From Thraustochytrium aureum (taxonomy: Eukaryota), in the NCBI GenBank assembly GCA_012862495.1, contig BLSG01000092.1, positions 15,221 through 79,220 on the forward strand: a DNA stretch of 64,000 nt, read 5' to 3'. Shown here in pieces: positions 61,192-64,000 of the stretch; position 1 is the first letter of the stretch; the number at the start of each line of letters is the position of its first letter. Under the pieces are notes generated by a model, which did no database searches, had not been told where the DNA came from, and saw only the letters and a program-made list of their open reading frames with translations. The translations under genes and the position numbers were made by a program.

Positions 61192-63389
61192 ATGATGAAA
61201 CCTCGGGCCCCGCGAGTCGCAGGGCTTGCGGTGCTCCTTCTTGCAGCAGTAGGTCCACACCAGTCGCAGGCGTTTGACTTGGTTTCCCATACCACTGGGG
61301 CGTGCACGACATACCCGGACGATGGGTACTGTGCGGAGGTCGGGATGGGGGGCCTCGAAGTGTTTCGTAAGTTCTCNNNNNNNNNNNNNNNNNNNNNNNN
61401 NNNNNNNNNNNNNNNNNNNNNNNNNNNNNNNNNNNNNNNNNNNNNNNNNNNNNNNNNNNNNNNNNNNNNNNNNNNNNATCAAAGGCTCCGAAGCCCAAAG
61501 CGTCCAGCCCAGGCGAACTAACGATTGTCCGTGCAGTCTACACTGGAATCGACATCGCTGCGAACGACGCCCGGCTACAAAACGACATCCAGCTCATCGA
61601 GCGCGCCGCTCAAACCGTCGCAGGGGTCGAGTGCACCAATGCGTTCAAGTTGGTGGTTTGCGCCTCGTGGTATCCGCCGTGTACCCCCGAGGGCCTTCCA
61701 AGGCGGCCGTGCAAGAGCCTCTGCGAAGAAACGCACGCGAAAACGTGCACGAGCGCATTCCAAGTGGCGGACTCTGCAGGACTGGGCGGAAAGGTCTTCA
61801 AGTGCGACGCGCTAATTGGTGACGAGTCAGTCGCAGAGGCGTACGTCTTCAACGACTATCTCGCCGAGTGGGAGGGTCGGCCGCAGTTTGTGGAAGAGGT
61901 GTATTCCGAAGACATACTCGGGCGCACGGCGGACCTCTCCTGCGTAAACCAGGACATTCAGTCTGCGACGTGCAAGGCCACAACGTGTCCGAACCCAACG
62001 GTTCTGCGCCGGTATCCAACGCTCAAAGACCTCGCCAAAGGCGACTACTCGTTCGTTAACCCAAACGACATCGAGTACTGCGCCAGCCTGACAGAGGTCA
62101 ACAACTGCTCGAGATGCTTTGATGCCTGTCTTGTCGAGTGTCCAGACCCACTGCTCTACTCCAAGTTGGAATACGCTCGCCTTTCGGTCGCAGTTTGGGC
62201 TCCCGGCATCATTGCTCTCCCCCTATCTCTCCTGGTGCTCGCTGGGGAGCGTCGAAAGCTGGCCAGACTGCGGAAGCGCGACTTCACCGACTATCTCGTC
62301 GGCATCTGTGCGGCATTGGTTCTATTTCTCGTCCTCATTGACTCGATTCCTGCTTTGCTATTGGGCTCTGACATAGGCTGCGCAGGGGAGGGTGTCTTCA
62401 GCTTTTACACGAATATAGACGGCTCAGATTGGTGCCAGTTCGCCCTGGTCAAGCCCAATGTGCTCCAGTCGCTCCTCTTCGCGGTCGCAGCGCTGCTCTA
62501 TAAAGTGCGCAAGCAGCTTGCAGCGAGCAAATCCATGACCAAGTACACGCCGTCGAAACTGTTTCGGCGTGCCGCAGCTGTTCTAGTCTTTGGCGTCCCG
62601 CTTGTGCTCGCCGCCGCGAGCTTTTCACTACAGGCCGACTCTCTTTTTCTGGCTTCAGCTTCCTATCGCGTCGCGAAGGAAGGAGGTCCAGTGCGGTACC
62701 CTTCCCTCTTCGTGCCAAACCAGCTCAGATACCTCTTCACGTGCGGACCCAAGTTCACCACGGTCACGGAAGAGGTTTTTCTGATCCAGGCCCCACTAGT
62801 GATCGCGGGTGTGGTCTCGACGGGGCTCTCGATTTCGCTGCTGCACCTCGTGAGCTCAATGGCAGTTGGAAAGGGTTCCGCGCAACGCAGCACCAGATCG
62901 GGCCCGACCATGTCTCCGGTGCTCTACACGCTCGCAGTTTCAATGTTGCGGTTTGCTTTCATTTCGGTCTTTCTCACAATTTTCAACGTCGTGGCAACCT
63001 TGCTCTATCTCACCAATGCCATGCAGTTCGGTGAGGAGCTGAGCGACTTCCAGCAGTGCGTGTTGAGCGGAATTCGGCCCGACTCGTACGAAGACGGCAA
63101 GCTCGTGAACTCGAATCTGACCTCATTGGTGAACCCGGACGTCTCGCTCGAGGGCCAACTTGCCTTTTGCGGCGATATTCGCAAGAGCAAACCGCCGTTC
63201 TCGACGCTGCTCCTGCTCAACTTGAGCCAGAGCTTGCCTTTGTTGATGTTTGGGGCGGTCTTCGCGGTTCCAGCGCTTAATCAGTTGCGGAAGAAGGCGG
63301 CGAGTAGAGGCAAGAGCGTGAGCCCAGGAGCAGGACTGAACTCGAAGTCGGTGCTCCCCAGCAGCGCTCAAACTTCCACTGGCAAGTAA
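61192..63389 (+). CDS. Frizzled/Smoothened-like (class F) GPCR: signal peptide + Fz cysteine-rich domain + 7TM
   Basis: Signal MMKPRAPRVAGLAVLLLAAVGPHQSQA; CRD C..F...C..WYPPC..PCKSLCE..C..C; linker CP.P..C..CP.PLL; seven hydrophobic helices with Cys in ECL1/ECL2 and a Cys pair in ECL3. Confidence 0.8.
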
Positions 63390-64000
63390 GTAGAGTGTTG
63401 TAGGCCTGCCAGTGTAGATAGATAAGTGAAAAGAGTACTTGGCCCAACAACAACATTTTGGCAGAAGCGAGTCGCGGCCTCTCGGCTGACAGCAGCCTGA
63501 AATCAAACCAAAAAAACGTTTGCATTTTGCAAACGCTTTGCCCATCGGGACACGAGTCCCGAGCAACGGCGTTGCGCGACGACCAATGTCGTCCGTGGCA
63601 AACTGCCGACAGAGTTGTGCTTGTGCGAGGTGCTCGCTCGGGTCCCCCTCGCGGATGGTATCGCGCTGCCAGTCCCCACTGGCAGAGCACTCGAGACTTC
63701 TTCTCTCAGGAGCGATGAAAAGCAAGCGAAACCGCCACTCTTCAACAGGCAGGCAGCCACCTTCCTTCCCTCATCAGCCTACTTGTAGCGAGGTTCATCA
63801 AGGAGGACCGGATTTTCTGTGTCGCACCGAATGGCGGCTGATGCATCGGGTTCGCAAACCCGCTCCGCATAACTCTCCCGACTCGGCGATCTCCCACCGC
63901 CTGCGCCGGCCGCAGTGGTTTTGAGCGGGCACGTCTCGGGAATCACAAGAGTAGCTTTCAGCGCGCTTGGCCTGCCCCTGCAAGGCCGCTTGAAAAACAA

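Noticed and set aside
1..64000. Many long antisense or alternate-frame ORFs and ORFs running through N blocks
   Set aside because: Expected shadows of high-GC coding sequence; X runs inflate ORF length; no recognisable motifs
1..64000. tRNA, rRNA or transposable elements
   Set aside because: No recognisable cloverleaf, rRNA, transposase or RT motifs in the unmasked sequence; N blocks cannot be assessed

Overview
GC-rich, gene-dense, nearly intron-free eukaryotic (protist-like, possibly stramenopile/thraustochytrid; taxon not provable from sequence) genomic DNA with many N blocks and frequent single-base frameshifts, mostly at G/C runs, that split long genes across several ORFs. About 17 protein-coding genes can be reconstructed: a giant ZZ/SPRY/LamG/SH3/UBA/MORN/HECT E3 ligase, a Furry-like HEAT protein ending in an RGS domain, CAF-1 large subunit, an MT-A70-family protein, a secreted two-repeat protein, a plant-type D-amino-acid transaminase, a SPRY-LRR-NEL(-U-box-like) protein, DUF4807-like, Tweety-like, NUFIP1-like, two PHO88/SND3-like paralogs, an aldehyde dehydrogenase, an SMR transporter, a Frizzled/Smoothened-like receptor and several hypotheticals. 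The strongest novelty candidate is a host-encoded IpaH/SspH-type NEL E3 ligase (catalytic C-x-D intact) fused to SPRY, two LRR types and a U-box-like tail. All family calls are from motif recognition by eye; no database search was run.
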